Shown: piece by piece, positions 50,311 to 61,809 of the stretch
Numbering within the stretch: position 1 is the first letter of the stretch
Layout: each line of letters opens with the position of its first letter
From: Felis catus
Lineage: Eukaryota
Assembly: GCF_018350175.1 (NCBI RefSeq)
Contig: NC_058368.1
Coordinates: 209,376,001 to 209,440,000 of the forward strand
Reading direction: 5' to 3'
Length of the DNA stretch: 64,000 nucleotides
The notes under the pieces: model-generated
What the model was told of the DNA's origin: nothing
The model's database searches: none
What the model saw: only the letters and a program-made list of their open reading frames with translations
Position numbers and translations under genes: made by a program

Positions 50311-52050
50311 GGGGCACCTTGGTGGCTCAGTCAATTAAGCATCCGACTTTGGTTCAGGCCATGATCTCAAGTTCATGAGTTCGAGCCCCGCATCTGGTTC
50401 TCTGCTGTCAGCACAGAGCCTGCTTCAGATCTTCTGTCTGTCTGTCTCTCTCTCTGTCCCTCTCCCTCTCACTCCCCCACTCATGCTCTCTAAAAAATAA
50501 ACATAAAAAACAATTCTGCTTTTTTGGGGCGCCTGGGTGGCTCAGTCAGTGAAGTGTCTGACTCTTGATTTTGGCTCAAGTCATGATCTCATCGTTTGTG
50601 AGATCGAGCCCCATGTCGGGCTCCATGCTGACATGGAGCTCTTTCTCCCTCTCTTGAAATAATAAATAAATAGGGGCGCCTGGGGGCTCAGTCGGTTAAG
50701 TGTCTGCCTTTGGCTCAGGTCATGATCTCACGGTTCGTGGGTTGGAGCCCCGCATCGGGCTCTGTGCTGAGAGCCCAGAGCCTGAAGCCTGTTTCAGATT
50801 CTGTGTCTCCCTCTCTCTGCCCCTCCCCCACTCGTGCTGTCTCCCCCTGTCTCAGAAATAAACATTAAAAAATTTTTTTTAAATAGATAAAATAAACTTT
50901 AAAAAACTGCTCTTTTTAAACTAAAATTTCAAAATAGTAACCATGTTTTCTTTTTTTAATTTTTATTTTATACCTGATACATTTGCCAAGATTAAATACC
51001 CAAGGTTGGCAAGGATCTTAAACTCGAACCCATGGTTTCTTAATGTCAAATGGAAAAATCTTGGATTATATGGAAACGTGTCTCTGTCTTGGACCTGTCC
51101 AAGGTCAGGCCTGTATTGTTGCACTGCGCTGGCCTCTGGTCAGCTCACCCGCCCTTGCTGGACCTTGAAGAGGTACTCCTGCTGCTCTGGGCTCAGAAGC
51201 CCTCAGTGACCCCACCCCACACAGAGCAGTCCAGAGCTTGTCCCTGGCCTTCGACGCATCCTCCCCTTCGGCCTCCTTAGCCTTCTTTCCCCATTTAATT
51301 GGTGCTGCGTGCCAGCTTGTTTTCCAACCACCTTCTGTGCTTTGGTGCCCCATTCTTTTGTTGAAATTCTCCCTTACCTTGAATGCCTCACCTCTGCATC
51401 TCAGAAGCCATCCCTATCTTAACTCTTTAGTTCTTCTGACCTAATGTCATGAATTTTAACATCCATAATTTCAGTTTTAAATTGGGGCTGACATTTACCT
51501 TGCATGGTGGTTGTGAATATTAGACCTTTTTTTTCCTGTTTTTTTTTGAGAGAGAGCATGTGCCAGGGTGAGCCGTGAGCAGGGAAGGGGCAAAGGGGGA
51601 GAGAGAATCTTTTTTTTTCAAGAAACTTTTTATTTTTTATTTAAAAATGTTTTTTTAATGTTTATTTTTGAGAGAGAGAGAGTGTGAGTGGGGCAGGGGC
51701 AGAGAGAGAGGGAGACACAGAATCTGAAGCAAGCTCTGAGCTGTCAGTGCAGAGCCGGACATGCGACTCGAATTCACAAACTGAGATCATGACCTAAGTC
51801 AAAATCGGAGGGTCAACAGACTGAGCCACCCCGGTGCCCCTTTAAACACCTTTTTAAAAAAAAGTATTTATTTTGAGAGAGAGAGTGTATGTGCCCGTGT
51901 GACGTGGGGGAGGGGCAGAGAGCTAGCATCCCAAGCAGGCTCCTCATAGTCAGCTTGGAGCCCAATGTGGGACTCTGTTTCACGAACCATGAGACCTGAC
52001 CTGAGCCAAGATCGAGAGTTGGACGCTTAACTGAGCCACCCACGCTCCCC
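50311..52050. mobile_element. stacked SINE clusters: three + copies (50311-50905) and - copies (51540-52050)
   Basis: consecutive ggggcacc/ggggcgcc heads inserted into the tails of earlier copies. Confidence 0.85.
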
Positions 52051-52835
52051 TAGAGATAACTCTTTTAGCTACCATTGTAACTGGGTTATTTTTGTGCTCT
52101 GACCCCTCAATCACATGTGCATGCAACACGTCTCATGTTGTAGTTGCTTGTAAACTCATGTGCTATGCTTGACTATATTTTTTGAGGGTAGCAACACTCT
52201 CTTCTTTATCTCGTACTCTCACACTGAACAAATGAAATAATTGAATACTTGGATAAATGAAAACAATGGCTATTTAGCTTTTCTGCCTAAAATAGCTTTT
52301 TATAAACTCCTGTCCGGGAATACCAGTGGGTGGGTATTGCTGTATTTATACCAGAGAAGACCAGTATATGACCAGCTGTTACCCCAGCTCACCTGTCACT
52401 TAGCTTCCCCAGAATGTGAGAGACCAAAGCAACTTGAGGGGCTGGTGAACAAGCTGGCTTCTCTCTCCAGGTCGTGCCTACATGCGGCCTCTTCCACACC
52501 CAGAACCCAGCCATTTCCCTTGGCCGCATTCAGAGGCTTAGACACCCCAATATTGTGGGGCAGTGGGAGAAACCCATGCATAACTGATCCCAGGTCCTAT
52601 CCTAGTCAGTGACCCATGTCACCTGGGCCCACGTGGGGCAAGTGCAGTCATTGCACAGATAGGGAGGGAGAGCTCATCAGGATTTTAAAATTCATTATAG
52701 CTTATTTTGTGAAAGAAGAGTTGTTCTGAAGATACTGGTGAGTCTTTGTGTTGTTACCTGTCTTGTAAAGCAGTGTGTAATTTCTGGCTAATATCTTCAG
52801 CTCTGATTGCAAACTGTTACCCTTAGTGATCGCCC

Positions 52836-52868
<33 letters not shown>

Positions 52869-53070
52869 GGCTTGTTTTATGTTTAGTTTCATCAAAAGCA
52901 ATATAAAGGCTGTGTGATAAGTAACTAAGAAGCATCAAAGGCAGAGTTCTAGCCTGTGGAATCATGCGGGCCTGTATTCATAACCCAGCTCTGCGGCTCA
53001 CTTTGTGCCCTCAAATATGTTATTTACAACCTATCTTATAGAAGTGTTGAGATAATAAGGAAAGCATTTT

Positions 53071-53500
53071 GGGACACCTGGGTGGCCCAGTCAGTCGAGT
53101 GTCCAATTTTGGCCCAGGTCATGATCTCACAGTGTGTGGGTTTGGGTTCCCGTGTCGGGCTCTGTGCTGACAGCTCAGAGCCTGGAGCCTGCTTCGGATT
53201 CTTTGTCTCCCTCTCTCTCTGCCCCACCCATGCTCATGCTCTGTCTCTGTCTCAAAAATGAATAAAAGCATAGATAGATAGATAGATAAAAAACAGGGGT
53301 GCCTGGGTGGCTCAGTTGGTTGAGTGTCCGACTTTAGCTCAGGTCATGATCTCACAGTGTGTGGGTTTCGGTTCCCGTGTCGGGCTCTGTGCTGACAGCT
53401 CAGAGCCTGGAGCCTGCTTCGGATTCTGTGTCTCCCACTCTCTCTGCTCCTACCTGCTCGTGCTCTCTTACTCTCTAAAGTAGATAGATAAGTAAGTATT
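53071..53500 (+). mobile_element. tandem SINE pair with GATA-repeat tails
   Basis: heads at 53071 and 53296; approximate outer TSD ggaaagcattt/ggaaagcactt. Confidence 0.9.
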
Positions 53501-53896
53501 TTGAAAAGATATGGAAAGCACTTTGCATACTATAAATAGTAAATGGTGTTCTTAACCCTAGAACTTTCTTATCATTCTTGATCGTTCTTTCCATACAGTG
53601 TAACTTGGCATCCGTCAAGGTGTTTGCTGCTAAGAGGCTTATGTGCCTGGCTCTTCCAGTTGTCAGAGAGGGTGTCCAGGCACATTTGCCGTTTTGAAAA
53701 AGGACCATGGTTGTGCTGTGAGGGTCCCAAGTTTCAAAGCAGAGTTTTCCTTTCCTTCCTCTGCGCTTCTGTTTTGCTTTCTTGGTTCAAATCGACTACT
53801 GTGTATCGGGTCCTCTTAGTCACAGGTTTCTGTCCTCAAAGAATTTCTAATACGATATGTATACAGAAGGTTAAAGAAGTTTGCCTGTTTTTCTAG

Positions 53897-53986
53897 GAAC
53901 TGCTACTTTTACCACACAGAATAAAGGCGATGGAGCCAAAGTGGCAGTAAGAAAGCCTGTGCTGTCTCCAGTTACCTTCCACAGAG
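53897..53986 (+). CDS. CPLANE1: CPLANE1 exon (GTATFTTQNKGDGAKVAVRKPVLSPVTFHR), last exon I can identify in the window
   Basis: ttctAG acceptor, GAG|GTAATG donor, 90 nt, phase 1/1. Confidence 0.92.
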
Positions 53987-54009
53987 GTAATGGGAAATAA
54001 AGTTCTTTT

Positions 54010-54840
54010 TTTGTTTTAAGTAGGCTTCGCACCTAGCGGGGAGCCCAACGTGGGACCCGACCCTGAGGTCAAGACCTGGAGCTGAGATCAAGAGTCAGAT
54101 GCTTAGCCGACCGAGCCACCCAGGCACTTCAAGAATAAAGTTCTTTTTAAAAAATTTTTTAAAAAGATCTTATTTAGTTTTGAGAGAGAGGGAGAGACAG
54201 AGTACGATCAGGGGAGGGGCAGAGAGAGAGGGGGAAACAGAATCTGAAGCGGGCTCCAGGCTCTGAGCTGTCAGTATAGAGCCCGATGCGGGGCTTGAAC
54301 TCGTGAACCGTGACCTGATCATGACCTGAGACAAAGTCGGATGCTTAATGGACTGAACCACCCAGGTGCCCCACGAATAAGGTTCTCAAACTTAAATTTT
54401 TAAAAATCATAAGACACGGGGTGCCTGGGTGGCTCAGTCAGTTAAGCGTCCTACTCGTGATTTGGGTTCAGGTCATGATCTCATAGGTCGTGAGTTCGAG
54501 CCCCATGTCAGGCTTCGCATCGTCTCTCCCTCTCTCTACCCCTCCCCCGCTCAAGTTCGCACTCTCAAAATAAACTTAAAAATTTTCTTAAGTCATAAGA
54601 CACTCTTAGAAATTTCAAATACAGGGCACCTGGGTGGCTCAGTTGGTTAATTGTCTGACTCTTGGTTTTGGCTCAGGTCATGATCTTGTGGTTCGTGGGT
54701 TTGAGCCCTGCCTTAGGCTCTGCACTGTGGAGCCTGCTTGGGATTCTGTCTCCCCCTCTCTCTCTGCCCCTCCCCTGCGCTCGCTTGCTCGCTCGCTCGC
54801 TCGCTCGCTCTCTCAAAATAGACAGACTTTAAAAAAAATT
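54010..54840. mobile_element. four SINEs: 54010-54128(-), 54150-54372(-), 54418-54590(+), 54623-54840(+)
   Basis: SINE motifs in both orientations. Confidence 0.85.
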
Positions 54841-55244
54841 TCAGATACCGATTTCAGAGTGAAGAGTATGGCTGTGTGTGCAGCAGTTCAGAGAATAGGC
54901 TGTGGGGTTAGCTTTGTTTGGAATCCTAGTTCACCACTTACTCTTTAGCCCTAGGAAAATTCCTAACCCATCTGTGTAAGCCTCGGTTTTCTCACCAGCA
55001 AACTATGTGTTACAATATTGAGAACATATACATTGTGGGCTTAGCACAGTACCAAACATAAAAACAAGTACTCGGGAAGGTGCTATTATCACATGGTCAT
55101 GCAGCACACAGACTCATAAGTTTGGGGATTCCAAATTAGCTGTGCTCTGATCAGCCAGACAGGGGGTGGTAATGATCTTAAGAATGAAGGTCTAACCCAC
55201 CATTCACTCCATGTTACTCCTCACCGTTTAAAAGGTATTTTCAC

Positions 55245-55488
55245 TATGCTAAGCGAGATTAGTCAGAGAAAGACAAATATCATATGACTTCACTCATGTG
55301 AGTGAAGATACAAAGATACAAAACAGATGAACATAAGGGAAACAAAAATAATATAAAAACAAGGGAGGGGGGCAAAACATAAGAGACTGGTAAACAGAGA
55401 ACAAACTGAGGGTTGTGGGTGGGGGGATGGGCTAAATGGGTGAGGGGCATTAAGGAAGATACTTGTTGGGATGAGCACTGGGTGTTAT
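55245..55488 (+). mobile_element. older 5'-truncated L1 3' fragment, left half (continues at 61722-61809)
   Basis: atgctaagcgagattagtcagagaaagacaaa...gatgagcactgggtgttat; outer TSD aaaaggtattttcac (55230-55244) / aaaaggtcctttcac (61810-61824). Confidence 0.88.
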
Positions 55489-58400
55489 TTTTTTTTATTT
55501 GTTATTTTTTTTTAACTTAAAGCTAAATTTATTTATTTATTTATTTTTCAATATATGAAATTTATTGTCCAATTGGTTTCCATACAATACCCAGTGCTCA
55601 TCCCAAAAGGTGCCCTCCTTAATACCCATCATCCACCCTCCCCTCCTCCCACCCCCCATCAACCCTCAGTTTGTTCTCAGTTTTTAACAGTCTCTTATGC
55701 TTTGGCTCTCTCCCACTCTAACCTCTTTTTTTTTTTTTTTCCTACCCCTCCCCCATGGGTTTCTGTTAAGTTTCTCAGGATCTACATAAGAGTGAAACCA
55801 TATGGTATCTGTCTTTCTCTGTATGGCTTATTTCACTTAGCATCACACTCTCCAGTTCCATCCACGTTGCTACAAAAGGCCATATTTCATTCTTTCTCAT
55901 TGCCACGTAGTATTCCATTGTGTATATAAACCACAATTTCTTTATCCATTCATCAGTTGATGGACATTTAGGCTCTTTCCATAATTTGGCTATTGTTGAG
56001 AGTGCTGCTATGAACATTGGGGTACAAGTGCCCCTATGCATCAGTACTCCTGTATCCCTTGGGTAAATTCCTAGTAGTGCTATTGCTGGGTCATAGGGTA
56101 GGTCTATTTTTAATTTTCTGAGGAACCTCCACACTGCTTTCCAGAGCGGCTGCACCAGTTTGCATTCCCACCAACAGTGCACGAGGGTTCCCGTTTCTCC
56201 ACATCCTTGCCAGCATCTATAGTCTCCTGATGTGTTCATTTTGGCCACTCTGACTGGCGTGAGGTGATTTCTGAGTGTGGTTTTGATTTGTATTTCCCTG
56301 ATAAGGAGCGACGTTGAGCATCTTTTCATGTGCCTGTTGGCCATCCGGATGTCTTTTTTAGAGAAGTGTCTTTTCATGTTTTCTGCCCATTTCTTCACTG
56401 GGTTATTTGTTTTTTGAGTGTGGAGTTTGGGGAGCTCTTTATAGATTTTGGATACTAGCCCTTTGTCCGATATGTCATTTGCAAATATCTTTTCCCATTC
56501 CGTTGGTTGCCTTTTAGTTTTGTTGGTTGTTTCCTTTGCTGTGCAGAAGCTTTTTATCTTCATAAGGTCCCAGTAATTCATTTTTGCTTTTAATTCCCTT
56601 GCCTTTGGGGATGTGTCGAGTAAGAGATTGCTACGGCTGAGGTCAGAGAGGTCTTTTCCTGCTTTCTCCTCTAGGGTTTTGATGGTTTCCTGTCTCACAT
56701 TCAGGTCCTTTATCCATTTTGAGTTTATTTTTGTGAATGGTATGAGAAAGTGGTCTAGTTTCAACCTTCTGCATGTTGCTGTCCAGTTCTCCCAGCACCA
56801 TTTGTTAAAGAGACTGTCTTTTTTCCATTAGATGTTCTTTCCTGCTTTGTCAAAGATGAGTTGGCCATACGTTTGTGGGTCTAGTTCTGGGGTTTCTATT
56901 CTATTCCATTGGTCTATGTGTCTGTTTTTGTGCCAATACCATGCTGTCTTGATGATGACAGCTTTGGAGTAGAGGCTAAAGTCTGGGATTGTGATGCCTC
57001 CTGCTTTGGTCTTCTTCTTCAAAATTACTTTGGCTATTCGGGGCCTTTTGTGGTTCCATATGAATTTTAGGATTGCTTGTTCTAGTTTCGAGAAGAATGA
57101 TGGTGCAATTTTGATTGGAATTGCATTGAATGTGTAGATAGCTTTGGGTAGTATTGACATTTTGACAATATTTATTCTTCCAATCCATGAGCAGGGAATG
57201 TCTTTCCATTTCTTTATATCTTCTTCAATTACCTTCATAAGCTTTCTATAGTTTTCAGCATACAGATCTTTTACATCTTTGGTTAGATTTATTCCTAGGT
57301 ATTTTATGCTTCTTGGTGCAATTGTGAATGGGATCAGTTTCTTTATTTGTCTTTCTGTTGCTTCATTGTTAGTGTATAAGAATGCAACTGATTTCTGTAC
57401 ATTGATTTTGTATCCTGCAACTTTGCTGAATTCCTGTATCAGTTCTAGCAGACTTTTGGTGGAGTCTGTCGGGTTTTCCATGTATAGTATCATGTCATCT
57501 GCAAAAAGTGAAAGTTTGACTTCATCTTTGCCAATTTTGATGCCTTTGATTTCCTTTTGTTGTCTGATTGCTGATGCTAGAACTTCCAACACTATGTTAA
57601 ACAACAGCGGTGAGAGTGGGCATCCCTGTCTTGTTCCTGATCTCAGGGAAAAAGCTCTCAGTTTTTCCCCATTGAGGATGATGTTGGCTGTGGGCTTTTC
57701 ATAAATGGCTTTTATGATGTTTAAGTATGTTCCTTCTATCCTGACTTTCTCAAGGGTTTTTATTAAGAAAGGGTGCTAAATTTTGTCAAAGGCCTTTTCT
57801 GCATCGATTGACAGGATCATATGGTTCTTATCTTTTCTTTTATTAATGTGATGTATCACGTTGATTGATTTGCGAATGTTGAACCAGCCCTGCATCCCAG
57901 GAATGAATCCCAGTTGATCATGGTGAATAATTCTTTTTATATGCTGTTGAATTTGATTTGCTAGTATCTTATTGACAATTTTTGCATCCATATTCATCAG
58001 GGATATTGGCCTGTAGTTCTCTTTTTTTACTGGGTCTCTGTCTGGTTTAGGAATCAAAGTAATACTGGCTTCATAGAATGAGTCTGGAAGTTTTCTTTCC
58101 CTTTCTATTTCTTGGAATAGCTTGAGAAGGATAGGTATTATCTCTGCTTTAAACGTCTGGTAGAACTCCCCTGGGAAGCCATCTGGTCCTGGACTCTTAT
58201 TTGTTGGGAGATTTTTGATGACTGATTCAATTTCTTCGCTGTATGGGTCTGTTCAAGCTTTCTATTTCCTCCTGATTGAGTTTTGGAAGCGTGTGGGTGT
58301 TTAGGAATTTGTCCATTTCTTCCAGGTTGTCCAGTTTGTTGGCATATAATTTTTCATAGTATTCCCTGATAATTGTTTGTATCTCTGAGGGATTGGTTGT

Positions 58401-59748
58401 AATAATTTCATTTTCATTCATGATTTTATCTATTTGGGTCCTCTCCCTTTTCTTTTTGAGAAGCCTGGCTAGAGGTTTATCAATTTTGTTTATTTTTTCA
58501 AAAAACCAACTCTTGGTTTCATTGATCTGCTCTACAGTTTATTTAGATTCTATATTGTTTATTTCTGCTCTGATCTTTATTATTTCTCTTCTTCTGCTGG
58601 GTTTAGGCTGCCTTTGCTGTTCTGCTTCTATTTCCTTTAGGTGCGCTGTTAGATTTTGTATTTGGGATTTTTCTTGTTTCTTGAGATAGGCCTGGATTGC
58701 AATGTATTTTCCTCTCAGGACTGCCTTCGCTGCGTCCCAAAGCGTTTGGATTGTTGTATTTTCATTTTCGTTTGTTTCCATATATTTTTAAATTTCTTCT
58801 CTAATCGCCTGGTTGACCCATTCATTCTTTAGTAGGGTGTTCTTTAACCTCCATGCTTTTGGAGGTTTTCTAGACTTTTTCCTGTGGTTGATTTCAAGCT
58901 TCATAGCATTGTGGTCTGAAAGTATGCATGGTATGATTTCAATTCTTGTAAACTTATGAAGGGCTGTTTTGTGACCCAGTATATCATCTATCTTGGAGAA
59001 TGTTCCATGTGCACTCGAGAAGAAAGTATATTCTGTTACTTTGGGATGCAGAGTTCTAAATATATCTGTCAAGTCCATCTGATCCAATGTATCATTCAGG
59101 GCCCTTGTTTCTTTATTGACCATGTGTCTAGATGATCTATCCATTTCTGTAAGTGGGGTGTTAAAGTCCCCTGCAATTACCACATTCTTATCAATAAGGT
59201 TGCTTATGTTTATGAGTAATTGTTTTATATATTTGGGGGCTCCCGTATTCGGCGCATAGACATTTATAATTGTTAGCTCTTCCTGATGGATAGACCCTGT
59301 AATTATTATATAATGCCCTTCTTCATCTCTTGTTACAGCCTTTAATTTAAAGTCTAGTTTGTCTGATATAAGTATGGCTACTCCAGCTTTCTTTTGGCTT
59401 CCAGTAGCATGATAAATAGTTCTCCATCTCCTCACTCTCAATCTGAAGGTGTCCTCAGATCTAAAATGAGTCTCTTGTAGACAGCAAATAGATGGGTCTT
59501 GTTTTTTTATCCATTCTGATACCCATGTCTTTTGGTTGGCGCATTTAATCCATTTACATTCAGTGTTGTTATAGAAAGATACGGGTTTAGAGTCATTGTG
59601 ATGTCTGTATGTTTTATGCTTGTAGCAGTGTCTCTGGTACTTTGTCTCACAGGATCCCCCTTAGGATCTCTTGTAGGGCTGGTTTAGTGGTGACAAATTC
59701 CTTCAGTTTTTGTTTGTTTGGGAAGACCTTTATCTCTCCTTCTATTCT

Positions 59749-59975
59749 TTATTTTTCTTTAATTTTTTTTTTCAACGTTTATTTATTTTTGGGACAGAGA
59801 GAAACAGAGCATGAACGGGGGAGGGGCAGAGAGAGAGGGAGACACAGAATCGGAAACAGGCTCCAGGCTCTGAGCCATCAGCCCAGAGCCCGACGCGGGG
59901 CTCGAACTCCCGGACCGCGAGATCGTGACCTGGCTGAAGTCGGACGCTTAACCGACTGCGCCACCCAGGCGCCCC
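59749..59975 (-). mobile_element. young SINEC_Fc inserted in L1 ORF1
   Basis: perfect 17-bp TSD atctctccttctattct at 59732-59748 and 59976-59992. Confidence 0.96.
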
Positions 59976-60778
59976 ATCTCTCCTTCTATTCTAAATGACA
60001 GACTTGCTGGATAAAGGATTCTCGGCTGCATATTTTTTTCTGTTCAACACATTGAAGATCTCCTGCCAATCCTTTCTGGCCTGCGAAGTTTCAAAAGAGA
60101 GATCAGTCACGAGTCTTATAGGTCTCCCTTTATATGTGAGGGCACGTTTATCCCTTGCCCTACCTTTTCTCTTTATCCTTGTATTTTGCCAGTTTCACTA
60201 TGATATGTCGTGCAGAAGATCGATTCAAGTTACGTCTGAAGGGAGTTCTCTGTGCCTCTTGGATTTCAATGCCTTTTTCCTTCCCCAGTTCAGGGAAGTT
60301 CTCAGCTATTATTTCTTCAAGTACCCCTTCAGCACCTTTCCCTCTCTCTTCCTCCTCTGGGATACCAGTTATGCGTATATTATTTCTTTTTAGTGTATCA
60401 CTTAGTTCTCTAATTTTCCCCTCATACTCCTGGATTTTTTTATCTCTCTTTTTCTCAGCTTCCTCTTTTTCCATAATTTTATCTTCTAGTTCACCTATTC
60501 TCCTCTGCCTCTTCAATCCGAGCCGTGGTCGTTTCCATTTTATTTTGCATCTCATTTAAAGCGTTTTTCAGCTCCTCCTGACTATTCCTTAGTCTCTTGA
60601 TCTCTGTAGCAATAGATTCTCTGCTGTCCTCTATACTGTTTTCAAGCCCAGCGATTAATTTTATGACTATTATTCTAAATTCACTTTCTGTTATATTATT
60701 TAAATCCTTTTTGATCAGCTCATTAGCTGTTGTTATTTCCTGGAGATTCTTCTGAGAGGAATTCTTCTGTTTGGTCAT

Positions 60779-61707
60779 TTTGGATAGTCCCTGGCGTGGT
60801 GAGGACCTGCAGGGCACTTCCCCTGTGCTGTGATGTATAACTGGAGTTGGTGGGCGGGGCTGCAGTCAGACCTGATGTCTGCCCCCGGCCCACCGCTGGG
60901 GCCACAGTCAGACTGGTGTGTGCCTTCTCTTCCCCTCTCCTAGGGGCGGGATTCACTGTGGGATGGCGTGGCCCGTCTGGGCTACTTGCACACTGCCAGG
61001 CTTGTGGTGCTGGGGATCTGGAGTATTAGCTGGTGTGGGTAGGCAAAGTGCACGGGGGCAGGAGGGGCATGCTTAGCTCGCTTCTCCTTAGGTGATCCAC
61101 TTCAGGAGGGGCCCCGTGGCAGCGGGAGGGAGTCAGATCCGCTGCCGGAGGGGTGGCTCCGCAGAAGCACAGAGTTGGGTGTTTGCGCAGAGCGAGCAAG
61201 TTCCCTGGCAGGAACCGGTTCCCTTTGGGATTTTGGCTGGGGGTGGGTGAGGGAGATGGTGCTGTCGAGTGCCTTTGTTCCCCGCCAAACTGAGCTTTGT
61301 GGTCCCGGGGAACAGCAACTCTCCCTCCCTTTGTCCTCCAGCCTTCCCGTTTTCCGAGCAGAGCTGTTAACTTATGACCTCCCAGAGGCTAAGTCCCGCT
61401 TGCTGTGGGAACACACTCCGTCCGGCCCCTCTGCTTCCTCCAGCCAGACTCGGGGGCTCCGCTTGGCCGGCGGGCTGCCCCTCTGCCCCGGCTCCCTCCC
61501 GCCAGTCTGTGGAGCGCGCACCGCCTCGCTGCCCTTTCTACCCTCTTCCGTGGGCCTCTCGTCTGCGCTTGGCTCCGGAGACTCCGTTCTGCTAGTCTTC
61601 TGGCATTTTCTGGGTTATTTAGGCAGGTGTAGGTGGAATCTAAGTGATCAGCAGGACGCGCGGTGAGCCCAGCGTCGTCCTACGCCACCATCTTCTTGAG
61701 AATCCTC
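60779..61707 (-). promoter_or_regulatory. L1 5'UTR internal promoter region, GC/CpG-rich
   Basis: begins gaggattctcaagaagatggtggcgtagg (YY1-like AAGATGG core); retains many CpGs; lies upstream of ORF1. Confidence 0.7.
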
Positions 61708-61721
61708 GCACTGGGTGTTAT

Positions 61722-61809
61722 ATACAGGGGATGAATCTACTCCTGAAATCATTATTGCACTAAATGCTAACGGATTTACAATTCTTAAAAATACATAAAT
61801 AAAAAAAAT
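61722..61809 (+). mobile_element. older L1 3' fragment, right half with A-rich tail
   Basis: atacaggggatgaatctactcctgaaatcattatt continues the 55245-55488 sequence (compare 6440-6650). Confidence 0.85.

Larger units (their letters stand above)
55489..61707 (-). mobile_element. full-length young L1 (L1_Fc-like), disabled: ORF1 from 60778, ORF2 59596-55775
   Basis: TSD gcactgggtgttat at 55475-55488 and 61708-61721; endonuclease (GDFNTPL, SDHN), RT (FADD) and C-terminal HCWWEC peptides split over several frames; stop codons near 56828 and 57776; SINE in ORF1. Confidence 0.97.

Noticed and set aside
52241..52680. 123-aa ORF in a GC-richer intronic island
   Set aside because: TTG start, no splice-compatible boundaries identified, no recognisable homology
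55775..60817. Active, retrotransposition-competent L1
   Set aside because: ORF1 is frameshifted and SINE-interrupted; ORF2 has several frameshifts and stop codons
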